Source of the DNA: Acidobacteriota bacterium
GTDB taxonomy: Bacteria > Acidobacteriota > Thermoanaerobaculia > Gp7-AA8
Length of the DNA stretch: 64,000 nucleotides
Direction: 5' to 3'
Assembly (NCBI GenBank): GCA_019244185.1
Contig: JAFATB010000019.1
Span: forward strand, 96,001 to 160,000
Shown here in pieces: positions 48,588-57,833 of this stretch (positions are counted from its first letter, which is position 1; each line of letters begins with the position of its first letter). Below the pieces are notes generated by a model that was not told where the DNA came from, searched no databases, and was given only the letters and a program-made list of their open reading frames with translations. The translations under genes and the position numbers were made by a program.

Positions 48588-49601
48588 ATGAGCGAACGTA
48601 CCGAACGCATTTACGACAACATCACGGACCTCATCGGCAACACGCCGCTCGTGCGCATCCGCAACGTCGTGCCCGAAGGCGCTGCGGAAGTGCTGGCCAA
48701 GCTCGAGTCGTTCAATCCGCTCTCGTCGGTGAAGGATCGCATCGCCATCTCGATGGTGCGCGAGGCGGAGAAAGCGGGCGAGATCGGTCCGGGCTCGACG
48801 ATCATCGAGGCCACGAGCGGCAACACCGGCATCGGTCTCGCGTTCGTCGCCGCCGCGCTCGGCTACCGCTGCGTGCTGGTGCTGCCCGATACGTTCTCGA
48901 TCGAACGCCGCAAGCTGTTGCAGGCGCTCGGCGCGGAGCTGATCCTCACGCCCGGCCCGATGGGCATCAAGGAAGCGCAGCGCGTCGCCGGCGAGTACGC
49001 GGAGAAGACGCCGGGCGCGTGGCTCTCGCGCCAGTTCGACAATCCCGCGAACGTGAAGATCCACCGCGAGACCACCGCGCGCGAGATCCTGCGCGACACC
49101 GGCGGCCGCGTCGACGCCGTCGTCGCAGGAGTCGGCACCGGCGGCACGGTCACCGGCGTCGGTCAGATCCTCAAACAGGAGCTCGGAACGAACGTGCAGA
49201 TCGTCGCCGTCGAGCCGATCGAGTCGCAGGTGCTCAAAGGCGGCACGCACAGCCCGCACAAACTGCAGGGCATCGGCGCCGGCATGATCCCGGCGATCTA
49301 CGACGCGAGCGTCGTAGACCGCGTGGTCGACGTCTCGTCCGATGACGCGTTCAAAACCTCGCGCCGTCTCGCGAAAGAAGAAGGCATCTTCGTCGGCATC
49401 TCCTCCGGCGCCATCGCCTGGGCCGCGTTCCAGGTCGCGAAAGACCTCGGCCCCGGCAAGCGCGTCGTGGTCGTCCTTCCCGACACCGGCGAGCGCTATC
49501 TGTCGACCGCGCTATTCGAATACACGGACCTCGTGAACCAGCCAGCGACGACGCCGCAGATGCTCGCGGAGCGCGCGGGAGCGACGGCGCAGGCACCTTA
49601 G
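48588..49601 (+). CDS. cysK: Cysteine synthase A
   Basis: IGNTPLV, KLESFNPLSSVKDRIA (PLP Lys), EATSGNTG, GVGTGGT, HKLQGIG, PDTGERYLST. Confidence 0.95.
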   Translation: MSERTERIYDNITDLIGNTPLVRIRNVVPEGAAEVLAKLESFNPLSSVKDRIAISMVREAEKAGEIGPGSTIIEATSGNTGIGLAFVAAALGYRCVLVLPDTFSIERRKLLQALGAELILTPGPMGIKEAQRVAGEYAEKTPGAWLSRQFDNPANVKIHRETTAREILRDTGGRVDAVVAGVGTGGTVTGVGQILKQELGTNVQIVAVEPIESQVLKGGTHSPHKLQGIGAGMIPAIYDASVVDRVVDVSSDDAFKTSRRLAKEEGIFVGISSGAIAWAAFQVAKDLGPGKRVVVVLPDTGERYLSTALFEYTDLVNQPATTPQMLAERAGATAQAP

Positions 49602-49611
49602 AAGGAAAAGC

Positions 49612-49721
49612 GAATTTAGAACGCAGAACGCAGAACGCTGAATGAAGAAATGGGAACCGGCGCGACGCGCGCCGGGCGGGGGCTTCTCAATTCTTCATTC
49701 TGCATTCTGCGTTCTGCATTC
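49612..49721. repeat. Heptamer-built palindromic intergenic element, copy 3
   Basis: (GAACGCA)n..GAATGAAGAA ... CTTCTCAATTCTTCATTCTGCATTCTGCGTTC. Confidence 0.8.
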
Positions 49722-49761
49722 CGGCCCGGCACAAAGCACGTTCCCGCCTATCATTCGCGTC

Positions 49762-50373
49762 GTGGACACCCGCGCCGGTTCCGTCGCTTTCCTGGCCGCC
49801 GCCCTCCACCTCCTCGCCGCTCTCTCCCTCCTCCTTCTCCTCCAACCCGCCCTTCCCGGCGCGGCGTATCCGGCGCGCATCGCCTATCTCGAAACGCACC
49901 GCGCCGCGTGGACGCTCGGCTGGCTCACGTGGCAGCTCGCGGCGATGTCGCTCCTCGCGCTCATGGCCGTGCTCGCGTTGCGGTTTCGCGGCACGGTTGC
50001 GGTCACCGCGATGTGCATCGCGGCGGCGGCGTTCTCGATCGACTTCGCGTCGGAGTCGCGTTACATGGGAGTTCTGCCGGAGCTGCGCGGCGACGCGTTC
50101 GCGGCGCTCGATCGCGAGCTCGACGTGCTGATCGGCTTCGCCGCGAACGGGCTGTACACGATCGCGCTGGCGTTGCTCGTCGGTGCGGGCTGGCGCGCGT
50201 TGCCGAGCGCGGCGCGCATCCTGGCGGTGCCGGTCGTCGCGAGTGGACTCGCGCTCGCGGCCGCGTCGCTCGCACATGACGCGCGCGCGGAGACGATCAG
50301 CTCCGCGGTGCTGTTTCCGCTGCTCGTTTTGTGGATGATCGTGGTGGGATTGTGGCTGCGAAGAAACGCGTGA
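49762..50373 (+). CDS. Hypothetical multi-TM membrane protein
   Basis: About 6 hydrophobic helices; TATCAT 7 nt before the GTG. Confidence 0.7.
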   Translation: MDTRAGSVAFLAAALHLLAALSLLLLLQPALPGAAYPARIAYLETHRAAWTLGWLTWQLAAMSLLALMAVLALRFRGTVAVTAMCIAAAAFSIDFASESRYMGVLPELRGDAFAALDRELDVLIGFAANGLYTIALALLVGAGWRALPSAARILAVPVVASGLALAAASLAHDARAETISSAVLFPLLVLWMIVVGLWLRRNA

Positions 50374-51152
50374 TCGTCCTCGGCGCGCGCGGCGTGTTCG
50401 GCTCGCTGCTCGCCTCTGAGTTGCAGCGCGACTACGACGTCGTGCCGCTCACGCGCGGCATGGCGTTCGATCCGCGCGGCGCGTTCGCCGTCGCCTGCGC
50501 GGCCGGTCCGTTCCAGCAACTCGATCGCGGCCTCGTGCGCACGACCGTCGATGCCGGCGCGCACTGGCTCGACATCGCAGACGACGAGATGTGGTTCTTC
50601 GATCTCATCGACGATCGCGCGCTCGACGCGCGTGCACGCGAGCGCGGCGTCGCCGTGATCCCCGGACTCTCGACTCTACCCGCGCTCTCCGGCGCGCTCG
50701 TGCGGCGGCTCGGCGCGCCGCCGCACGTCACGCTCACGCTCTTCATCGGCAACAACAACCGCAAAGGCGTCGCCGCGATCGCGAGCGCGGCGCAGTCGGG
50801 CAACGGTCCGCTGCGCACGCCCGATCGCGAGCTGCTGCGCCGCGAGCTCGGCATCGACGCGCAGGCGTTCGTGAAGTTCGAAATCCCCGTCGCCGCGCCG
50901 CTGCTGCGTTTCCTCGGACGCGCGCCGCGTCTCGCCGCCGCGATCGCGAAGCCGTTCCGCTTCGGTACACGCGGCGGCTACGTCGAAGCGCGCGCGGGCA
51001 ATCGCGTCGAACGCATTCGCGGCGGCGATCAACGGCTCGCGATTCTGCCGCTCGTCTTCGCCCTGGCGCGGCTCGACGACGTCCGCGGCTGCCATGCGCC
51101 GAGCGTCTTCGATGCCGAGGAGCTACTGCGATTCGTGGAGGCACGCGCGTGA
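50352..51152 (+). CDS. Saccharopine dehydrogenase-like NAD(P)-binding protein
   Basis: VIVLGARGVFG, AAGPF, HWLDIAD, PGLSTLPALS. Confidence 0.75.
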   Translation: MAAKKRVIVLGARGVFGSLLASELQRDYDVVPLTRGMAFDPRGAFAVACAAGPFQQLDRGLVRTTVDAGAHWLDIADDEMWFFDLIDDRALDARARERGVAVIPGLSTLPALSGALVRRLGAPPHVTLTLFIGNNNRKGVAAIASAAQSGNGPLRTPDRELLRRELGIDAQAFVKFEIPVAAPLLRFLGRAPRLAAAIAKPFRFGTRGGYVEARAGNRVERIRGGDQRLAILPLVFALARLDDVRGCHAPSVFDAEELLRFVEARA

Positions 51153-51568
51153 AGCGAAGGAGACTGCATCGCATCGTGTTCGCGCTTGCGGGCGTGTACA
51201 ACCTCGCGTGGGGCGCGTACTCCGCGCTCGATCCGCAGTGGCTCTTCCGCTTCGCCGGCATGCCGCTGCAGAACCATCCCGAGATCTTCGCGTGTCTCGG
51301 CATGGTCGTCGGCGTGTACGGCTTGCTCTATCTCGACGTCGCGCGCGATCCGGAGCGCGGCGCGCGCATCGCCGCCGTCGGATTGCTGGGCAAAGTCCTC
51401 GGACCGATCGGACTCGCGCGGCTCATCGCCACCGGCGTGTGGCCGCTGAAGAGCATCGTCCTCTGCGTCACGAACGACTTCGTTTGGTGGATCCCGTTCG
51501 CGCTGTACCTGTGGGACGTCAGTCAGTTCGCGGCCGCATCCCGCCGTACGGGCCGGGACGCAGTTTGA
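51149..51568 (+). CDS. Hypothetical 4-TM membrane protein
   Basis: AGVYNLAWG, CLGMVVGVYG, GLLGKVLGPIG, NDFVWWIPF; GTGA overlap. Confidence 0.75.
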   Translation: MKRRRLHRIVFALAGVYNLAWGAYSALDPQWLFRFAGMPLQNHPEIFACLGMVVGVYGLLYLDVARDPERGARIAAVGLLGKVLGPIGLARLIATGVWPLKSIVLCVTNDFVWWIPFALYLWDVSQFAAASRRTGRDAV

Positions 51569-51974
51569 ACTTCTCGAACTTCGCGCGCTGCTCCGGCGTC
51601 AGCACTGCCGCGATCTCCTCGTTCGTCGCGTGGATCTCCGCGGTCACGCGCGGCCGCATCGCGGCGAGCTCGGATTCCATGCGATTCACGTGACGCTCGA
51701 TGATCTGCTGGATGCGCGCGTGCTGCTCGCTGGTGAGGTCGAGGCGGCGATCGAGCCGGCGCAGCATCATGTGCGTTGCGAAGGGCGGCACGTGCATGCC
51801 GTGATGGAAGATCACGTAGCGGTCGGCGAAGAAGCCGACCACCAGGCCGGAGCCGAAGGCGAGCACCACCACGATCGCGGCGATGAGCGTCGTGACGAGT
51901 GCGGCCGACGACGAGCGCGGCGGAAGCTGCGGCGGAAGCTGGGACGGAACAGGGAGCGGATCAGTCGCCGACAC
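51519..51974 (-). CDS. Membrane-anchored Spy/CpxP-like (LTxxQ) protein
   Basis: TM followed by LDLTSEQ...VLTPEQRAKF. Confidence 0.75.
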   Translation of the reverse strand: MSATDPLPVPSQLPPQLPPRSSSAALVTTLIAAIVVVLAFGSGLVVGFFADRYVIFHHGMHVPPFATHMMLRRLDRRLDLTSEQHARIQQIIERHVNRMESELAAMRPRVTAEIHATNEEIAAVLTPEQRAKFEKFKLRPGPYGGMRPRTD

Positions 51975-52269
51975 CGAGGGTTCCTCCTCCCGTCATCCAG
52001 GCCTCGATGACGCCGCCGTCGAGCAGCGGCTCGCGCTCGTTGAGCAACGCGAGGCCGAGCGTCGCCGCAAGCGCGATGGCGGACAGCGTCGCCACGAGCG
52101 GGCGAAACCATCCGGCGAGCAGTTCGGCCACGCTCGCGCGCGGCGCAATGCGCTCCTGAATGCGCATGCGGATGCGCGCGAGCTCGCGCTCGTCGGGCCG
52201 CGCGCGCAACGCGCGTGCGTCGCCGCGCAGGCGCTCGAAGAACTTGTCGTCGTCGTCAGTCGTGGTCAT
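51961..52269 (-). CDS. Putative single-TM anti-sigma factor
   Basis: Overlaps the ECF stop; short cytoplasmic domain followed by one TM. Confidence 0.6.
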   Translation of the reverse strand: MTTTDDDDKFFERLRGDARALRARPDERELARIRMRIQERIAPRASVAELLAGWFRPLVATLSAIALAATLGLALLNEREPLLDGGVIEAWMTGGGTLGVGD

Positions 52270-52846
52270 ACAAATCCGCCAGTCGTTCCTTCAGTTTCTT
52301 CCTTGCGAGCGAAAGATGCGAGCGAATCGTCCCCTCGGACAGCCCGGTCATCGCCGCGATCTCCGCGTGCTCGAACTCCTCGACGAGGTGCAGCCGCGCG
52401 ACGAGCCGCTGCATGTCCGGCAGCTCGTCGAGCGCGGCCGCGATGCGCCGTGCGATCTCGCCGCCGACGGCCGCCGCGTCCGCGTCGTCGCGGCGCGCCG
52501 CGGGCGCCTGCTCGCCGAGCGGCTCGTGCGGAAAGCGGGTGCGATGTTTCTGCATGTCGAGAGCGAGGTTGGTCACGATGCGATGGATCCACGGCGCGAA
52601 CGGCTCGCCCACGCGGAAGCGCGGGAGATGCCGGTACGCCTTCACGAACGCTTCCTGCGCCAGATCGTCCGCGTCCGCGGGGTTGCGGACGATGCTGCGC
52701 GCGATCGCGACGACGCGCCGCAAATGCAACGACACGAGAGCGTCGTACGCCCTCGTGTCGCCCGACTGCGCGCGCGCGACGAGCAGCGTTTCCGCGGCCC
52801 GCGCGTCGTCGTCGCCGGCCGCGATCAGCGGCTGTGCCGTTCCCAC
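52256..52846 (-). CDS. ECF RNA polymerase sigma factor
   Basis: DADDLAQEAFVKAY, FAPWIHRIVTN, EIAAMTGLSEGTIRSHLSLARKKL. Confidence 0.92.
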   Translation of the reverse strand: MGTAQPLIAAGDDDARAAETLLVARAQSGDTRAYDALVSLHLRRVVAIARSIVRNPADADDLAQEAFVKAYRHLPRFRVGEPFAPWIHRIVTNLALDMQKHRTRFPHEPLGEQAPAARRDDADAAAVGGEIARRIAAALDELPDMQRLVARLHLVEEFEHAEIAAMTGLSEGTIRSHLSLARKKLKERLADLYDHD

Positions 52847-53286
52847 TGCGCCGCATGCTCCTCGATCATCGTGCCGAGTTTCGCACGCTGCTCCGGCGTG
52901 AGCACGTTCAGCGCCTTCGACACCGCGACGAGCGTGTTCGCCTTCAGCGCCTTCTCCGCGTCGTTCTGCTGATCGAGCAGCGCCTGCGCCGCGGCGACGT
53001 CGTTCGGATTCTTCACCAGCGTCTGCGCGATGCTGCGCAGGCCGCCGTGGAACTGCTGGCGATACGGCGCGTTCTGCGTGCGCAGGTCGGCGAAGATGTC
53101 TTTGATCTCGCTGACCTGCTGATCGCTGAGATCGAGCTTGCCGGCGACGAACGCCAGATGTGCCATCGGATTGAGGCCGTGTCCGTGGCCGAAGCCGTGA
53201 TGCATCGGCGGCTGCTGCGCCTGCAGCACGAGCGCGGCCGCCAGCATCGCGGCGATCGCGGTTGCAATGAGGATCTTCTTCTTCAT
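52825..53286 (-). CDS. Spy/CpxP family periplasmic chaperone
   Basis: Signal peptide, His/Gly-rich N-terminus, LDLSDQQ and VLTPEQRAKL; AAGGAG RBS. Confidence 0.85.
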   Translation of the reverse strand: MKKKILIATAIAAMLAAALVLQAQQPPMHHGFGHGHGLNPMAHLAFVAGKLDLSDQQVSEIKDIFADLRTQNAPYRQQFHGGLRSIAQTLVKNPNDVAAAQALLDQQNDAEKALKANTLVAVSKALNVLTPEQRAKLGTMIEEHAAQWERHSR

Positions 53287-53314
53287 GATGATTCGTTCTC
53301 CTTCTGCATCGCAT

Positions 53315-53340
53315 TACGACGGCGCGCCGCCGCTGTTGAA
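53315..53340 (-). promoter_or_regulatory. Putative ECF promoter of the spy-ECF operon
   Basis: TTCAAC-N16-CGTA. Confidence 0.55.
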
Positions 53341-53386
53341 TGAGGCCGTGAAATCGCGCCGGTATAATCGCGCGACGCTTCGTCGC

Positions 53387-54745
53387 ATGCGGCCGCTCTC
53401 GCTGGTTCTCGCGCTGTCCCTCGCCGCCGGCGCCGCCGCGCAGCAGGCGCTCGTCTGTCCGCCCGCGCCGGGCGGCCGCGCGTGCGACGCGTTTCACTTC
53501 CACATCGCGCTCTACCGTCCCGACACGAAGCAGTTTGTCGAGGTCACCGGCGTCAACCAGTTCGCGACGCAGAACGCGTGCGACCGCGCGCGCGACGCGC
53601 AGCTCGCCGCGAACGCGAAGGTCGTCGAAGCGCTGCGCGCGGTGAAGCAGCAGCTCGAGCCGAACCAGTACGGCCCGTGTCATTGCGACCAGACGCTCGA
53701 CAAGACCAGCCCGATGTACCTGACGGACGCGCAGCGCGTGCAGCAGCTGCGGATGGTCGAGGACGTGCGGCTGCGCGTGCGGGAGCGGATGCTCGACAAC
53801 CGCATCACGAGCGACTCGGAGGCGATGCGCGCGTTGTACACGCCGCTGCCGTCGACGCCGCAGCTCGGCGCGCCGCGCGTCGTGACGCTGCCGCAGACCG
53901 CGACCGCGCAGATCGCGACATCGGCGGATGATCTCCGTTCAACGGCGACGATCGACTCGGTGAAGCCCGCGATCGCCGCGCTCGATCTGCCGCTCGTCGA
54001 GCTCGAAGCGCCAGCCGCGCCGGCGACACCCGCGACGAGCACGATCGAAGTCGCGGCACCACAGCCGGCGACGGAGACGCAACCCGTCGCGCAGCCGACG
54101 CCGGCAACGCAGACCGCACCATCGACGCAAGCCGCGCCAACGCAAACGCCCGCGCAACCGCAAACACCCGCGGCGCAAGCGCCGCAATCCGCGCCGGTCA
54201 CCGAAACGACCGTCACGCCGGAGCCGCCGGTCACGCCCACCGTCGACGCCGCACCGGAGCCGTCGCCCGATCTGCAGGCCACCGCGGATCGCTTCATCAC
54301 GTACGAGACCGAGCGCATTCAGAACGTGCTCAAGGCGTCGCAGGCGATCGACGACGAGAATCTCAAAGGGAAGATCTTCGACGCGGCGATGCAGCGCATC
54401 CAGCTGCTGTCGAACCTGCGGCTGCTCATCGAGGGCTCCGGCGTGCGCAGCCGGCTCGCGGCCGCGGCGCGCGCGGCGGACGACGAGGCCGCGCGGCTGG
54501 CGCTCGTCACGAAGCTCTTCGGCGACGACATCGCGCCGCACTGGGCGCCACACGACGCGAGCGACGTCGTCTTCGACGTCGACCCCGCCATCGCCGCGGC
54601 GCCGGAGCGCGCGCTGCGCGACACCACCGGCCACTTCTCCGCGCAGCAGAAACGCCGCGCTCTCTACCTCGTGCTCGCGCAGACGCAGCCCGCCGAGGAC
54701 CAGCGCCTCTGGCTCACCAGCGTCGTCGAGGAGTTCCTCCAGTGA
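53387..54745 (+). CDS. Hypothetical secreted protein with Cys-containing N-domain and Pro/Thr/Gln linker
   Basis: Signal peptide; TATAAT at 53363-53368. Confidence 0.72.
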   Translation: MRPLSLVLALSLAAGAAAQQALVCPPAPGGRACDAFHFHIALYRPDTKQFVEVTGVNQFATQNACDRARDAQLAANAKVVEALRAVKQQLEPNQYGPCHCDQTLDKTSPMYLTDAQRVQQLRMVEDVRLRVRERMLDNRITSDSEAMRALYTPLPSTPQLGAPRVVTLPQTATAQIATSADDLRSTATIDSVKPAIAALDLPLVELEAPAAPATPATSTIEVAAPQPATETQPVAQPTPATQTAPSTQAAPTQTPAQPQTPAAQAPQSAPVTETTVTPEPPVTPTVDAAPEPSPDLQATADRFITYETERIQNVLKASQAIDDENLKGKIFDAAMQRIQLLSNLRLLIEGSGVRSRLAAAARAADDEAARLALVTKLFGDDIAPHWAPHDASDVVFDVDPAIAAAPERALRDTTGHFSAQQKRRALYLVLAQTQPAEDQRLWLTSVVEEFLQ

Positions 54746-56412
54746 GAACCGCGCTCGCCGTGCTGCTGCTCGCCGTGCTGTTGCTCGCCGTGCTGCCGCT
54801 CGTGGCAACGTCCGCGTTCGCGCAGGATGCGCCCGCGACGAATCCTCACGACGAATTCACGAAGGCCTTTTTCTTCGGAAAGAAATTCGCCGACCTCGGC
54901 GAATACGCGTCCGCGTACGAACAGTTCGCGAAAGCCGACGCGCTCGAGCCCGATCAGGCGCCCGTGCTCTACGACATGGCTGTCGTGCTCGCGCGCGCGG
55001 GCCGCTACTCCGACGCGCAGGTGAAGGTCGATCGTTACCTGCAGCTCTTCCCGAGCGGCGCCGAGCGCGCGAATGTCGCCAAGCTGCAGCTCGAGCTCGA
55101 GTTCCAGCGCGAGCTGCAGAAGAAGCGTCAGACCGATCAGGAGTACGCCGATCTCTTCAACCGCGCGAAGTTCACCTACGCGCACGGCGACCTCGGCGAA
55201 GCGCTGCGCCTCTTCCAACAGGCCGAGCAGCTCCGCGCGTCCGACGCCGCCGCCGTCTTCGACGAGGCGGTCGTGCTCGAGAAGCAGGGCGAGTTCGCGA
55301 AAGCCATCGAACGCTACCGCCGCTACGCGGAGCTGGAGACGAACGTCGAGAAGAAGACCAGCGTCGACGAGCGCATCTTCGCGCTGCAGCACGAGCTCGA
55401 AGACATGCGCACGAAGATCGTCTGCGCGTTCTGCGGCTACAAGCTCCCCGCCGGCGCGACGTGGTGCCCGCGCTGCTGGCACGGTCCGTATCTCGTGAAG
55501 TCCGCGGTGTGGAACACGCGGCCGTGCGTCGACGGCGCATCCGCCACGCGCGCGACCTACTTCTCCGATGAGCGTTTCAATCGCAACGACGTCCTGCCAT
55601 GTCTCTGGAAGAACGGGTCGATGCTGGAGACGCTGCGCTACACGCCGTCGCGCCAGCGCGCGATCCAGGAGGCGCGGCGAGCGGAAGGATGGACGTACGC
55701 GAACGACGTGCTGCAGAACTGGAGCGACCGCCAGGGCAATCAGATCCGCTACACGCAGGGCGCCGATTACTGCGAGAAGATCAGCTCGACCAGCGGCGGC
55801 GAAGTGCTCACGTACACCGCGCACGCCGGCGGCGACGGCATCTGGCTGCTCGACCGCGAGGACCTCATCGTCGACGCGCAGCGCTACACGAATCACTACG
55901 AGTACGACGCGGCCGGACGCATCGCGCGGCAGCAGGTCTCGTACGAGAACGGCGCCGCGTGCAATCACGTCATCGACATGACCGCCGACTACGCGTACGC
56001 GAACGACGCCCTCGTCGCCGCAACCATCAAAGGTGGTTACGACGGTTATACGCCGGAAGGCGCGCCGCGCGTCGACTGGCAGGCCAGTGTCGCCTACACG
56101 TACGACGCGAACGCGCGCGTGATGAAGGAAGAACTGGCGGTGACGTCGTTCAGCAAGACGTACACGCAGAAGGCGCAGGGCGCGCTGCGCGACGAGGTCT
56201 CGCAGCTCTACGCGAACATGCGCGTGCGGAAGCCGATCGAGAACGTCAGCCGCAGCGGCGACTTGTGCGGCGCGAGCGGCAATCAGCTGCTCACGAACCT
56301 CATCGACCTGCGGCCGTTCTACGCGCTCTCGCCGAACCTCGCCATCGCGCTGCAGAACGGCGTCACGCGCGCGGTGGTGACGTTCACCTATCCGGACGCG
56401 TTCCGGCCGTGA
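54742..56412 (+). CDS. Secreted TPR + zinc-ribbon + YD-like beta-repeat protein
   Basis: TPR helices, CAFC..CPRC, YEYDAAGRI / YTYDANARV repeats. Confidence 0.72.
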   Translation: MRTALAVLLLAVLLLAVLPLVATSAFAQDAPATNPHDEFTKAFFFGKKFADLGEYASAYEQFAKADALEPDQAPVLYDMAVVLARAGRYSDAQVKVDRYLQLFPSGAERANVAKLQLELEFQRELQKKRQTDQEYADLFNRAKFTYAHGDLGEALRLFQQAEQLRASDAAAVFDEAVVLEKQGEFAKAIERYRRYAELETNVEKKTSVDERIFALQHELEDMRTKIVCAFCGYKLPAGATWCPRCWHGPYLVKSAVWNTRPCVDGASATRATYFSDERFNRNDVLPCLWKNGSMLETLRYTPSRQRAIQEARRAEGWTYANDVLQNWSDRQGNQIRYTQGADYCEKISSTSGGEVLTYTAHAGGDGIWLLDREDLIVDAQRYTNHYEYDAAGRIARQQVSYENGAACNHVIDMTADYAYANDALVAATIKGGYDGYTPEGAPRVDWQASVAYTYDANARVMKEELAVTSFSKTYTQKAQGALRDEVSQLYANMRVRKPIENVSRSGDLCGASGNQLLTNLIDLRPFYALSPNLAIALQNGVTRAVVTFTYPDAFRP

Positions 56413-57325
56413 CGCCTACCGGTACGCAGAACAGATCGTCGGCCACGCATTCCGCGAACTCGAACTGAATGGTCGTGTGCGCGATGCGGTATTCGCGGGC
56501 GAGCATCGCGTTCACGTCATCGAGCAGACGCGCCGTGCTCTTCACCGGCACGTCGCCGACCATCAGATGACACGACAGCGCGGGCGCGGAGGGGCCGAGC
56601 GCCCAGATGTGCAGGTGGTGGACGCCGTGAATGCCGGCGATCGTGCCGAGGGAGCTCGTGACGGCGGAGGGGTCGATGGTGGCGGGCGTGCCTTCGAGCA
56701 GCAGATTCACCGACTCTTTCAGCACGCCGTAGCTGCTCCAGAGAATCAGCACGCCGATGGCGATCGACACGATCTCGTCCCACTGCAATGAGCCCGTGGC
56801 AACGATGAGCAGCGCGGCCACGATGATGCCGGCGGAGGAGAGCGCGTCACCGACCATGTGCACGAACGCGCCGCGCACGTTCACGTCCTCGCGGCTCTCG
56901 TGATGGAGCGACCACGCGATCGCGCCGTTGACGAAGAGCGCGATGGCCGCCATCACGAGCATCGGCGTCGTCTCGACCGGCGTCGGATGCGCGAGCCGTC
57001 CGAACGCCTCGCGGAAGATCAGCAGCGTGAACGCCATCAGCACGCCGGAGTTGATGAACGCCGCGAGAATGCCGGCGCGCTGGTAGCCGAAGGATTTCGA
57101 GACCGTCGGCGCGCGCCGGGCCAGGCGCACGGCCACGAGCGCGATCACGAGCGCGACGGCGTCGGTGAGGTTGTGCAGCGCGTCGCCGATGAGCGCGAGC
57201 GAGCCGGCGTACACGCCGATCGAGGCTTCGGCGACGACGACGACGAGGTTCGCGGCGGTGGCGAAGGTCAGCTTGCGCGAGACGGTGCGGGTGGGATCGT
57301 GGTGGTGGTGATGGTCGTGAGCCAT
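56384..57325 (-). CDS. Cation diffusion facilitator (CzcD/ZitB-like)
   Basis: His-rich N-terminus, GSLALIGDALHNLTD, FGYQRA, HMVGD, VHHLHIW, HTTIQ. Confidence 0.92.
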   Translation of the reverse strand: MAHDHHHHHDPTRTVSRKLTFATAANLVVVVAEASIGVYAGSLALIGDALHNLTDAVALVIALVAVRLARRAPTVSKSFGYQRAGILAAFINSGVLMAFTLLIFREAFGRLAHPTPVETTPMLVMAAIALFVNGAIAWSLHHESREDVNVRGAFVHMVGDALSSAGIIVAALLIVATGSLQWDEIVSIAIGVLILWSSYGVLKESVNLLLEGTPATIDPSAVTSSLGTIAGIHGVHHLHIWALGPSAPALSCHLMVGDVPVKSTARLLDDVNAMLAREYRIAHTTIQFEFAECVADDLFCVPVGVTAGTRPDR

Positions 57326-57329
57326 CGCC

Positions 57330-57833
57330 TCACCGCGTCGATTTCTCCACCTTCTTCGACTTCGCGGCGACCTGTTCGCCCATCGCGCGGCGCTGCTCGC
57401 GCAGCTTCGCCGCGAGCTCCGCGTCGGACGTCGCCACGATCTGCGCCGCGAGAATGCCGGCATTGCGCGCGCCGCCGATGGCCACAGTCGCCACCGGGAT
57501 TCCCGGCGGCATCTGAACGATCGCGTACAGCGCGTCGAGTCCCTGCAACGCGCCGCTCGCGAGCGGCACGCCGATCACCGGACGCGTCGTCAGCGACGCC
57601 ACGACGCCCGGCAGATGCGCGGCCATGCCCGCGCCGGCGATGAACGCGACGGCGCCGTTCGCTTCCGCGCCGGTCACGATCTCCTTCGTGCGGTCGGGGC
57701 TGCGATGCGCCGACGCCACGGTGAACTCGTACGGCACGCCCGCTTCATCGAGCGCCGCGGCAGCCTGCGACATCACCTCCGCGTCGGAGTCGCTGCCCAT
57801 GATGATGAGAACCCACGGTTTTGCCACTGCCAT
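57330..57833 (-). CDS. purE: N5-CAIR mutase
   Basis: IIMGSDSD, VASAHRSP, AGAGMAAHLPG, VQMPPGIPVATV. Confidence 0.96.
   Translation of the reverse strand: MAVAKPWVLIIMGSDSDAEVMSQAAAALDEAGVPYEFTVASAHRSPDRTKEIVTGAEANGAVAFIAGAGMAAHLPGVVASLTTRPVIGVPLASGALQGLDALYAIVQMPPGIPVATVAIGGARNAGILAAQIVATSDAELAAKLREQRRAMGEQVAAKSKKVEKSTR

Noticed and set aside
49642-49761. N-terminal extension MKKWEP...ILHSAFCVLHS and similar MQNAECRMKN-type ORF pieces
   Set aside because: Translation artefacts of the palindromic heptamer repeat.
54742-56412. RHS polymorphic toxin
   Set aside because: Only a few YD-like hairpins, no DPxG core motif, and no toxin tip or immunity gene.
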